Assembly: GCA_027488195.1 (NCBI GenBank)
Contig: JAIYCD010000321.1
Location: 2,466-66,465, forward strand
DNA length: 64,000 nucleotides
Origin: Acetobacteraceae bacterium
Lineage (GTDB): Bacteria > Pseudomonadota > Alphaproteobacteria > Acetobacterales > Acetobacteraceae
Direction of reading: 5' to 3'
The position numbers and the translations under genes were made by a program. A model generated the notes under the pieces. It saw nothing but the letters and a program-made list of their open reading frames with translations. It did not search any database and was not told the DNA's origin. Below, piece after piece: positions 28,262-35,780 of this stretch. The stretch's first letter is position 1; each line of letters begins with the position of its first letter.

Positions 28262-28795
28262 TTAGCGGTCGTAGTCTGGCGCGACCGTGAACTCGATGAT
28301 GTCCGAGCGCCGCTCCATGCGTGGGGCTATCGCCACGATTGGCGCACCACAGCCTCGCATATGCGCCCGGTCCCGCGAGCAGGGGCTGACCTCTCGCAGC
28401 TCCACTCTCGTGACACCCCTCGGGCAAGGCGCATTGCCCATTGCACCGCCTCCGCGCCGCGTCTGCGGGTCGATGTAGCTCAGGTGAAAGCGGGCGGGGA
28501 TGCGGTCGTTGGGTGTGTGAAGAAGCATCACGCCGAAGATCTCCCGGATCGCCGCGTTGGTGCCGTTCGCGATGTAAATCTGCAGCTGGCAGGGGGAACG
28601 GTTGTGCGGGAACACGAAGATCCCAATGGTGCCGTCCGGCGGCGTGTAGGGCAGTTCCTTCGCCCAGTCGGGACGCCACTCGGTGGGCGCTGGCGCAGCC
28701 TGCTGGCGCGGCTGCTGGGCATGCGCCACCCCAATCAGGCCGAGAGCCACAGTTGCAGCCAAGGCGCTGTGAAACCGCATCGTTTCCTCCATCAA
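28262..28795 (-). CDS. Secreted/periplasmic hypothetical protein (moron-like)
   Basis: Signal peptide ending VAHA-QQ, four Cys, visibly lower GC than neighbours. Confidence 0.7.
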   Translation of the reverse strand: MMEETMRFHSALAATVALGLIGVAHAQQPRQQAAPAPTEWRPDWAKELPYTPPDGTIGIFVFPHNRSPCQLQIYIANGTNAAIREIFGVMLLHTPNDRIPARFHLSYIDPQTRRGGGAMGNAPCPRGVTRVELREVSPCSRDRAHMRGCGAPIVAIAPRMERRSDIIEFTVAPDYDR

Positions 28796-28840
28796 TGTTC
28801 GCGAATGATGGCTGCGAAGGCATGCTCACCGCAAGAAACA

Positions 28841-28954
28841 TCACCACCACCGCACGCCCACAAAGGTCCCGCGCTTCAGCCGCCACAGGCGCAGCATCGC
28901 CTTGCGGCGGCGCACATACTGGCGGCTGAGCAGGGTGGGCGAGCGCTCGCACAT
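28841..28954 (-). CDS. 37-aa basic hypothetical protein
   Basis: Manual translation MCERSPTLLSRQYVRRRKAMLRLWRLKRGTFVGVRWW; TGATG coupling. Confidence 0.4.
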   Translation of the reverse strand: MCERSPTLLSRQYVRRRKAMLRLWRLKRGTFVGVRWW

Positions 28955-29139
28955 CAGACGCCGAACCGTTCACCGATGCGGCGCTCGACCTCGCCATTCA
29001 CCGCCGTCTCCAGCATGCCCTTGGCGTAGGCGATCATCCGCGTGCGCGCAGCATAGTCACGCGCCGCGCCGGGCTTGGAGGCCTCGCGCCACACTTCCTC
29101 CACCACCCGTGCGATGCGGGCCTCGGCCTCGGGGCTCAT
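28954..29139 (-). CDS. Hypothetical protein
   Basis: Coupled ORF in the early operon. Confidence 0.6.
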   Translation of the reverse strand: MSPEAEARIARVVEEVWREASKPGAARDYAARTRMIAYAKGMLETAVNGEVERRIGERFGV

Positions 29140-29360
29140 CGGCTGGCCCTCGGTGCGGGGGCGGGCGTGCGCGGGCGGTCCACCGTCGGCACGCAGGCGG
29201 CGATGACGGCCAGGCGGTCCTGGCCCAGCCCGGCCTCCAGGATGGCGGTGGCGATGGCGCAGCTCTCGGCCTGGACCTCGCGCGCGCGGCAGTCGAGCAG
29301 GCGTCGATCCTCGGCCGGCATGGCGCAGACATAGACGAGGAGGAGGACGGCGGCGGTCAT
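29136..29360 (-). CDS. Hypothetical protein (Cys-containing, hydrophobic N-terminus)
   Basis: Coupled ORF; LLLVYVC...C...C...C. Confidence 0.6.
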   Translation of the reverse strand: MTAAVLLLVYVCAMPAEDRRLLDCRAREVQAESCAIATAILEAGLGQDRLAVIAACVPTVDRPRTPAPAPRASR

Positions 29361-29845
29361 TCCGCCACCTCGGGAGACCAGGCGATCAAGACCATCGCGA
29401 GGTAGTGCGCGCCGAGGCTCAGCGGCGCCTCGAAGTAGGCAGCCATCTCGGGCGCGTTGGCGAAACCATCGGTACGGGCGAACTCGTCCACATCGGCGGC
29501 CCGCTCCAGCCGGTCACAGGCCAGCAGCTGCTGCACGATGGGCGCCAGCTCCGCCACCTTGCTGCGCGGCGTGGCCCCAAAGCGGCGCCGGATGCTGAGG
29601 CGCCCCGCAGCGAAGACGAGCTCCACCGGCATCTGCAGGCGGCACACGGCGCGGCCGAGCTGGCGGCACTGCTTGGTGCGCATGGCGGTGTAGAGGTGGA
29701 CCGGCTGCTCGGGCCGGGCGTGCTGGCTCCGCCCCTCACGCGGGGCGCGCAGCGTGTGGCGCTTCATGCCGGGCAGCCAGGGGCCGGGCTCCAGCCCAGC
29801 GAGCACCTGGCCGATGAAGCGCTTCTGGAAGCTGTAGGCGACCAT
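29357..29845 (-). CDS. ASCH/PUA-like domain protein
   Basis: MVAYSFQKRF...KRHTLR...LYTAMRTKQC...FARTDGF. Confidence 0.75.
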   Translation of the reverse strand: MVAYSFQKRFIGQVLAGLEPGPWLPGMKRHTLRAPREGRSQHARPEQPVHLYTAMRTKQCRQLGRAVCRLQMPVELVFAAGRLSIRRRFGATPRSKVAELAPIVQQLLACDRLERAADVDEFARTDGFANAPEMAAYFEAPLSLGAHYLAMVLIAWSPEVAE

Positions 29846-30543
29846 CACCGCCCCCCGATCTTCAACTGTTCGGCCTGGCCCACGCCCCAGTTCAGTTGGG
29901 TACCGCGGCCGGAGGATTGGCCGGCACCGCGCGCGGCGGCGAGGCGGCGATCGCTGCTCAGGGCCGGCATGGGCTTCGCCTTCCCGAAATTCATCTGCCG
30001 CTTGTCCAGGGCGCGCTTGGCGAGAGCCAGATCGGCGTCTCTCGCCTCGCCCTCCGAGGGCAGCAGCAGCGCGTTCAGCTGGCGCAGAACACCCATCACG
30101 AAGCCCTCGCTCCATGCCTTCGCCCAGGCGGCACGCGTCTTGGCCGTGCGGCGCGCCTTGTAGGCGGGGGTCTTGCGATACTCCTTCAGCCCGCGGTCAT
30201 GCGCACCCTGGATCACGCCATGCAGCCAGGCCGCGATCTCGGGCCAGGGCTCGCGGCCGAAATAGACGATCCATGCCTCCTGCCCATTCGAATGGCGCCA
30301 GAGCTCGCAGCGGCAGACATAGGCCACCGCGCTCCAGAGGCGATCCACCGGATGGAGCTTCAGCCTGCCAAGGCGGACGCGCTGCTCGCCGCACTCGACC
30401 AAGTCGGGCGCGAGGCCGTGCTCGCGCATCATCGCCATCGCGCGCTCGGCCGCCGCCATGGCCTCGGCCTCGGTGCAACCATTGGCCGTGGTGCGCGCCA
30501 TGAGGGCGCGGATGCGAGCTTTGATGGTATCGAGGCTGTCCAT
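29845..30543 (-). CDS. DUF2786 domain protein
   Basis: IKARIRALMART...EAEAMAAAERAMAMMREHGL. Confidence 0.85.
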   Translation of the reverse strand: MDSLDTIKARIRALMARTTANGCTEAEAMAAAERAMAMMREHGLAPDLVECGEQRVRLGRLKLHPVDRLWSAVAYVCRCELWRHSNGQEAWIVYFGREPWPEIAAWLHGVIQGAHDRGLKEYRKTPAYKARRTAKTRAAWAKAWSEGFVMGVLRQLNALLLPSEGEARDADLALAKRALDKRQMNFGKAKPMPALSSDRRLAAARGAGQSSGRGTQLNWGVGQAEQLKIGGR

Positions 30544-30797
30544 CACTTGCTCCTCCGGCACTTCTTGCGGGCTATGCGCTGCGCCTTTTGGGCCTGCCGC
30601 TTCGGGTTCCGCCGCCTCGGGCCGGGGGCGGCGCTCGCAAAACCGGGAGCACGGGCGACCGCTGCCGTGGCAAGGGCGGCGAAGGCGAAGGCGATGCCGC
30701 CGAACGGCAAGAAGGCGGCGTTGTCCCGGTTGGCGTAGACGCGCGGCGGCGGGCAGATGCAGATCCCCGGAGCTTTGCAGCGGACACAATCCATCAC
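30543..30797 (-). CDS. Hypothetical protein with Cys cluster and basic tail
   Basis: Coupled ORF; CVRC...CIC; KAQRIARKK. Confidence 0.55.
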   Translation of the reverse strand: MMDCVRCKAPGICICPPPRVYANRDNAAFLPFGGIAFAFAALATAAVARAPGFASAAPGPRRRNPKRQAQKAQRIARKKCRRSK

Positions 30798-31243
30798 GCC
30801 GCCTCCGCCCGGGCGCCGGCGCGCCGCAGCCGCGTGCGCCAGGCCTTCAGGCCCTCCAGCACCTTGTTCGCCTGGTGGCTGTCGAGGAAGGCGGGGTCGC
30901 TCACGCCGGCCGGGTTCGCGGCCGTCTTCGTCTGGCGGGCGACGAAGGCGCGGAGTGCCGCCGCCTCATCCTCAGCGTCGATTCCGAGCTTGCAGAGGTC
31001 CGCCCAGACGGCGTGGATCATGCGGATCTGCGCGTGCTTGCTCGTCCCCGTGCGGTTGGGCTTCGGCTTCCAGCCCAGGCGCTTGAACTCGGCCAGCACG
31101 CGGTCCAGGTCGCGCTCGTCCAGCGCGCCCGCGCTTTCCTGCCCGGTCACGCGGCGCAGGATGTCGCGGTAGCTTTCATCGGCGAGGGCGAGCTGCTTCT
31201 TCGCCAGGTGGACCTTGGCGATCATGGTGGCGCGCGGGGTCAT
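30794..31243 (-). CDS. gemA: GemA (Mu gp16, DUF1018) regulatory protein
   Basis: IAKVHLAKKQLAL...YRDIL...VLAEFKRLGW...LEGLKAW. Confidence 0.92.
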   Translation of the reverse strand: MTPRATMIAKVHLAKKQLALADESYRDILRRVTGQESAGALDERDLDRVLAEFKRLGWKPKPNRTGTSKHAQIRMIHAVWADLCKLGIDAEDEAAALRAFVARQTKTAANPAGVSDPAFLDSHQANKVLEGLKAWRTRLRRAGARAEAA

Positions 31244-31779
31244 GGCGTGCTCCTTCCCGGGACGTTGACGGTGACGGGGCCGCAGCGGCGGTTCAGCAGG
31301 GCGCCGAACTCCTCGGCCACGCGGCGGCCGATGAAGACGCTGGGAGCGAAGAGCGTGATGACCGAGCCCTCGCACTGGTACCGGCAGCGGCCGATCCACG
31401 CGTTGAAGGTGGCGGCATCCAAGTCGCCCTTCAGGCGGGGCCAGAGGGGATGGTCGGGCTCGACGCCACCCACGGTCGGCGCGCCGATCGGCTCGGCCGG
31501 CGCCAGGTAATCCCGCCAGCGCTGCTGACGCAGGAACGTGGCGGCGTGGACCACGAACTCCATGGCCGTGCCCAGGCGCTTCACCTCGGCCGCGTAGGCG
31601 CCGGCCGCGGCCACCAGGTCATCGGCCGCTGCGCCGGCCTTGATGGCGCGGGCGAATTCCTTCTCGGCCAGCGCGCGCGGGTTCGGGCGGCGCTCCGGAT
31701 AGGCGGCCCAGAAAGCGGCGAAGGGGGCCTCCAGCGCGCGCGGCAGGCCCGCCTTGGGGAACATGGCCGGCTGCCTCAT
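31240..31779 (-). CDS. Replisome-organiser-like domain fused to a DnaA N-terminal (domain I)-like domain
   Basis: FAAFWAAYP...HAATFLRQQRWRD, then WPRLKGDLDAATFNAWI...ITLFAPSVF. Confidence 0.7.
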   Translation of the reverse strand: MRQPAMFPKAGLPRALEAPFAAFWAAYPERRPNPRALAEKEFARAIKAGAAADDLVAAAGAYAAEVKRLGTAMEFVVHAATFLRQQRWRDYLAPAEPIGAPTVGGVEPDHPLWPRLKGDLDAATFNAWIGRCRYQCEGSVITLFAPSVFIGRRVAEEFGALLNRRCGPVTVNVPGRSTP

Positions 31780-32618
31780 GCGGCGCGCTCCGAAAGGACG
31801 TAGGGCGAGAGGCCCGCCTTGATGCGCTGGGCGTTGCAGGTGGCCAGCAGCTGCTTCGTCGAGAGTTGCGCCAGGCGCCCCTCGATCTCAGCCGTGTTCA
31901 ACCCCTCGCGCACCAGGTGGGCGAAGAGCCAGTCGAGAGCGTCCTCATAGCTCGCGGGCACCGGCTCCAGCTGGGCGGGGTCCATGGGCAGCGCAGGATT
32001 GGGCGCATGTTGCGGCTTGGCGGGAACCGGCGCGCTTTGCGCGAGCCGCGCGGCGACGGCCGGGACGTGGCGCGCCATGACGAGCGTCGAAGGCGGCGGC
32101 GGGATGCGCGGGGCGGGCACCTGGTGCGCGGGCACGACGACGACCGTCTTAGCCTCGGGCTGGGGCGCCGGCGCCCGGTGCTTCGCGGCGCGGGCCTTCC
32201 GAACCCGCTCCCGCTGATAGGCGCGGAGCTTCTCCGCCCGCGCGAGGTCACGCTCCACCCGGGCCGTGGCGGGCTCTGCCGGCCGTTGCTCATCACCGAG
32301 CCGCAGCACGACCGAGCCGCGGGACACGCCCAGCTCGCGCGCGATGGCGCCGGGAAGCAGGCCCTGCGCAGCCAGTTCCTTCAGCCGCGCCCGGCCCGCA
32401 TCCGTGAGGCGGCGCCCAGCGCCCGCACCGATGGCCCAGGCTTCCTGAGCGACAGGCGGCTCGGCCTCGGCCGGCACTTCTGCAGGCGGCAGCTCGGCCG
32501 GCAATGCGGGCTGCTGGCGCAGCTCGCGGAGGATGCGCTCCGCCAGGGCGTCCATCATGGGCGGAAGCTCCCGCGCGATCGCCACTGCCAAGGCGCGCTG
32601 GATCTGGCTGGGGGTCAT
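31776..32618 (-). CDS. Protein with internal GcrA-like helix-turn-helix
   Basis: LTDAGRARLKELAAQGLLPGAIARELGVSRGSV; start taken at ATG 32618. Confidence 0.65.
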   Translation of the reverse strand: MTPSQIQRALAVAIARELPPMMDALAERILRELRQQPALPAELPPAEVPAEAEPPVAQEAWAIGAGAGRRLTDAGRARLKELAAQGLLPGAIARELGVSRGSVVLRLGDEQRPAEPATARVERDLARAEKLRAYQRERVRKARAAKHRAPAPQPEAKTVVVVPAHQVPAPRIPPPPSTLVMARHVPAVAARLAQSAPVPAKPQHAPNPALPMDPAQLEPVPASYEDALDWLFAHLVREGLNTAEIEGRLAQLSTKQLLATCNAQRIKAGLSPYVLSERAA

Positions 32619-33052
32619 GGGCTCTCCATGAGGATGTGGCGCCACGCGTGCAGACCGGCGCGCGCGAGCGCGAGCGCGGGCGTGGAGGACGTGATTTCGG
32701 CGAAGCGGGCACCCTGCTTGCACCAGCCGAAGGCGTGGGCGCCGCGGCGGCCCACGCCGTGATCCCAGCCGGGCGGCACCAGGATGGCGGCGCCGTCCGT
32801 GAGCAGCGTCACGGGCGGCAGCGGCATCCAGGTCGAGGAGAGCGGGCTGCGCACGCGGTAAGCGGCGCGCGGGCTGGCGGGCGCGGAAACCTGCCAGCCC
32901 AGGCTGCGGAAGATCTCGGCATCCAGCGCGGGGCTGGCCTCCATCGCCTCCAGCCGCTCGATGACGCGGCCGAGGCTGGTGAGGCAGCGCGGGGCGAAGA
33001 CGGCGCCACGCACCGCCGCACCACGCGGCGCCCAGGGTCGGATCGCGTTCAT
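32615..33052 (-). CDS. Phage hypothetical protein
   Basis: LDAEIFRSLGW...TDGAAILVPPGW...TPALALARAGL motif common in phage early genes. Confidence 0.7.
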   Translation of the reverse strand: MNAIRPWAPRGAAVRGAVFAPRCLTSLGRVIERLEAMEASPALDAEIFRSLGWQVSAPASPRAAYRVRSPLSSTWMPLPPVTLLTDGAAILVPPGWDHGVGRRGAHAFGWCKQGARFAEITSSTPALALARAGLHAWRHILMESP

Positions 33053-33324
33053 GCGTGCCCCACGACGCCGGCGGCCTCGGCCCGCTGGATGGCGAGCTGC
33101 ATCTCCATCTCCTCGCGCGCCTGGGTGGCCATCTCGCGCATGAGCTCGCTGGCCTGGTCTTCGCCCTGCGCGGCCATGGCGACGTAGCAGCCCAGCGCAC
33201 CGGCCAGGGCGTTGACGGCGACATTCGGCGCCACCCGCATCCGCGCCAGCGTGTTGACCAGGCTCTGCGCCAGGTGCGTGGCCGCCTGATCCTCGACGAG
33301 CTGCTCGGGCGTGCGGGCGCTCAT
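33049..33324 (-). CDS. Hypothetical protein
   Basis: ATGA-coupled; MSARTPEQLVED... Confidence 0.6.
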   Translation of the reverse strand: MSARTPEQLVEDQAATHLAQSLVNTLARMRVAPNVAVNALAGALGCYVAMAAQGEDQASELMREMATQAREEMEMQLAIQRAEAAGVVGHA

Positions 33325-33599
33325 GCGCGGGTGACCGGCATGATGGCGCCGAGGCCAGCCGCTTGAAGCGCCTGGGCGGTGGCGCGCAGCCGCATCTCGT
33401 CCCGCGCGACGTGGCACGCGCAGTCGAGCAGCTCGGCCGGCTTGGCCGGGTCTACCATGACCACCGTCTGGCCGAGCAGCTTGGCCAGGGCCAGGAGGGC
33501 CGTCGCGGGCGAGGCACACTGCTGGTTAATGGTGGCGCTGATCTGGGACATCAGGCGGTAGGCGAGCGCGGTTTCGTGCTGGATGCCTGCGTCGTTCAT
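33321..33599 (-). CDS. Hypothetical protein
   Basis: ATGA-coupled ORF. Confidence 0.6.
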   Translation of the reverse strand: MNDAGIQHETALAYRLMSQISATINQQCASPATALLALAKLLGQTVVMVDPAKPAELLDCACHVARDEMRLRATAQALQAAGLGAIMPVTRA

Positions 33600-33787
33600 G
33601 CCACAGCCCTCACCACGGCCCAGGCGATGATCCAGAACATCGCGATCGTGGCGAAGGTCATGCAGGCGAACTTCCGATCGGCATCGCCCTCGAAGCGCGG
33701 AGGCAGGGCGAAGACGGCGGCAAGGCCGCCCCAGATGAGCAGCCAGAACACCCCCCAGCCGATCATGAGGGCAGGAAGCGCGCTCAT
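33596..33787 (-). CDS. Small two-TM membrane protein
   Basis: MSALPALMIGWGVFWLLIWGG...FATIAMFWIIAW. Confidence 0.6.
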   Translation of the reverse strand: MSALPALMIGWGVFWLLIWGGLAAVFALPPRFEGDADRKFACMTFATIAMFWIIAWAVVRAVA

Positions 33788-34305
33788 GCCGCCACCTGCT
33801 CGGTCAGCGGCGAGACCACGAACTCCTCGCCCTCGCTGCTGATCGTCACGCCAGGCACCTCGCCGGCCACGCTCGGCTCCGCCAGCATCGCCTCGCGGTT
33901 GATCTCGCTCTTGGTGCGCAGGAAGCGCGCGAGGCCGAGCTGCATCAGGCGCTCCATCACGCCCGACATGTCCTTGATCTTCACGCTGGGCGGGCGCGCA
34001 CGCCAGGCGATCTCGCCGGTGGCCAGCTTGATGGTCTTGGTCCGGCCGTCCTGCGTGAGCGTGGGGCGGTTCGCCTCGGCCCAAAGCTGGATGCCGCGGA
34101 CCAGGCCCTCGGCCTCCGCCTTGAGCGGCTGGGCCACGGCCTCCGTGCGCTGGCGCTCGGCGTCCAGCGTCTCCTCCAGGGCGGCGGTCAGCAGGGTCTT
34201 CTCCCGCTGAATGGCGCCGATGCGGGCCAGCATCGCCTCCGCCTCCTCCCGGTTCTGGGGCACGCGGACGGTCTCGGCCGCGCGCTTCAGCTTCTTCTCA
34301 TGCAT
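33784..34305 (-). CDS. gam: Host-nuclease inhibitor Gam
   Basis: VPQNREEA...WAEANR...KTIKLATGEIAWRARPPSV...EINREAML. Confidence 0.95.
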   Translation of the reverse strand: MHEKKLKRAAETVRVPQNREEAEAMLARIGAIQREKTLLTAALEETLDAERQRTEAVAQPLKAEAEGLVRGIQLWAEANRPTLTQDGRTKTIKLATGEIAWRARPPSVKIKDMSGVMERLMQLGLARFLRTKSEINREAMLAEPSVAGEVPGVTISSEGEEFVVSPLTEQVAA

Positions 34306-34308
34306 TGC

Positions 34309-34704
34309 TCAGGCTCCTCTCAGGCGCTGTGAAACGGCCCTGACGCGGGCCGCGATTTCAGGTGATGTCGCCTCTCGCCGCTCATGCGCGGCGATGCCGG
34401 AGAGGACGGTCGTGTGATCCCGCCGCATGACGCGGCCGATCTGCGGCAGGCTCAGCTTGGTCAGCCGCTTGGCCAGCGCCATGGCGGCATGGCGCGCGGG
34501 CAGCAGGCGCGCCTCACGCCAGGGGCTCAGGATCTCCGGCACGGGCACGCCGAATTCGGCCGAGACCTCATCCAGGATGGCGCGGACCGTGATCGGCCCG
34601 CCGGTCGGCGTATCCGGGCCGAGCTTGGCCTCCAGCTCCGCCACGCGGGCGGTGAGCCGCGCCAGTTCGTCGCGCATCAGGCCGATGGTGCTGCGGTCGC
34701 TCAT
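34309..34704 (-). CDS. Stand-alone DnaA C-terminal (domain IV) HTH protein
   Basis: ARHAAMALAKRLTKLSLPQIGRVMRRDHTTVLSG. Confidence 0.88.
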   Translation of the reverse strand: MSDRSTIGLMRDELARLTARVAELEAKLGPDTPTGGPITVRAILDEVSAEFGVPVPEILSPWREARLLPARHAAMALAKRLTKLSLPQIGRVMRRDHTTVLSGIAAHERREATSPEIAARVRAVSQRLRGA

Positions 34705-35678
34705 GCCGTGTCCTTCATCGGCACGCGCTGGTCGCTGATCTGGGCGTAGGCGACCTTCACATGCTCGACCGTCATCGGCCGCTGCTCGTGCTTGGCGATC
34801 ATGTCGGCCAGCAGGAAGGTCTTGTTGCAGGTGCGCAGCGCGCCACCCTGCCGCGCCACGGCATGCAGGGCCTTGCGCACGTCCAGCTCATCCACGCTCC
34901 AGGCATCGAGCAGCGTGTCCACATCCGCCTTCAGCGCATCGCGCCGATGCAGGCGGATGCCGACGCGGGAGTAGAGCTGCGCGTATTCGGAGGAGCGGCG
35001 CCCGCCCTCCAGCTTGCCGATCACCGCCTGGTTGCCGACGAGCGCGATGCCGATCGCGGACTGATCGTGAAAGGTGCGGAGCTGGTCGAGCATTTCGGTG
35101 CTGAGGTGCTGCACCTCATCCACGATGATCAGCGCGCGCGTGCCCAGCAGCCGCTGCTTGATCATCCGCGCGATGCGGTCCTGCCTGCCGGCCTCGTTCA
35201 CCCGCAACTCAGTCGCCAGGGCGGTCAGGAGGGCCGGCACGCTGTTCAGCGCAGGCTCGGCCGTCACCTTGAACACGTTGGAGTTGCGCCGCTTGTATTC
35301 GCAAATCGCCTGGGTTTTCCCCAAGCCGGGCGAGCCGGTGAGAAGGGAGATGTCCGGCAGATGCTGCGCGCGGGCCAGGAGGGCCATGAAGTCAGCCGCG
35401 CTCGGCGTCATCACGAAGCCAAGGTCCGGAGCCACGGCGCGCACCGCCTCCCGCCGCTCCTGCGAGGCGAGATAGCGCTCCACCTTCTCGGCGATGGGGC
35501 TGCCCTCGCCCTGGTATGTGCCGCCCGCCCAGGCGCTGATCGTGCCCATGGGCACGCCGCTCTCGGTTGCGATGTCCTTCCAGCGGAGATCCTTGCCGTT
35601 CTTCGTGTCCAGGACGCGCTGGCGCAGCGCGTCCTGTTCCTCCCTGGAAAACTTGCGGCCCGTGACGTCGTCTGACAT
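34701..35678 (-). CDS. MuB-like transposition ATPase
   Basis: N-terminal HTH, Walker A GSPGLGKT, LIIVDEVQHL, IALVGN, QLYSRVG. Confidence 0.93.
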   Translation of the reverse strand: MSDDVTGRKFSREEQDALRQRVLDTKNGKDLRWKDIATESGVPMGTISAWAGGTYQGEGSPIAEKVERYLASQERREAVRAVAPDLGFVMTPSAADFMALLARAQHLPDISLLTGSPGLGKTQAICEYKRRNSNVFKVTAEPALNSVPALLTALATELRVNEAGRQDRIARMIKQRLLGTRALIIVDEVQHLSTEMLDQLRTFHDQSAIGIALVGNQAVIGKLEGGRRSSEYAQLYSRVGIRLHRRDALKADVDTLLDAWSVDELDVRKALHAVARQGGALRTCNKTFLLADMIAKHEQRPMTVEHVKVAYAQISDQRVPMKDTA

Positions 35679-35706
35679 GCTCAATCCTCTCGGTTCAGTG
35701 GTACCC

Positions 35707-35740
35707 ACGCCCGCCGCGCTCCAACGCGGCGGGCGTTTTT
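35707..35740 (+). terminator. Intrinsic terminator-like hairpin oriented antisense to the A-B operon
   Basis: Perfect 12-bp stem ACGCCCGCCGCG/CGCGGCGGGCGT followed by TTTT on the + strand. Confidence 0.55.
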
Positions 35741-35780
35741 CATTCCATCCGGCAGCTGCCGAAGGCGGCGCGAGGCGGCT

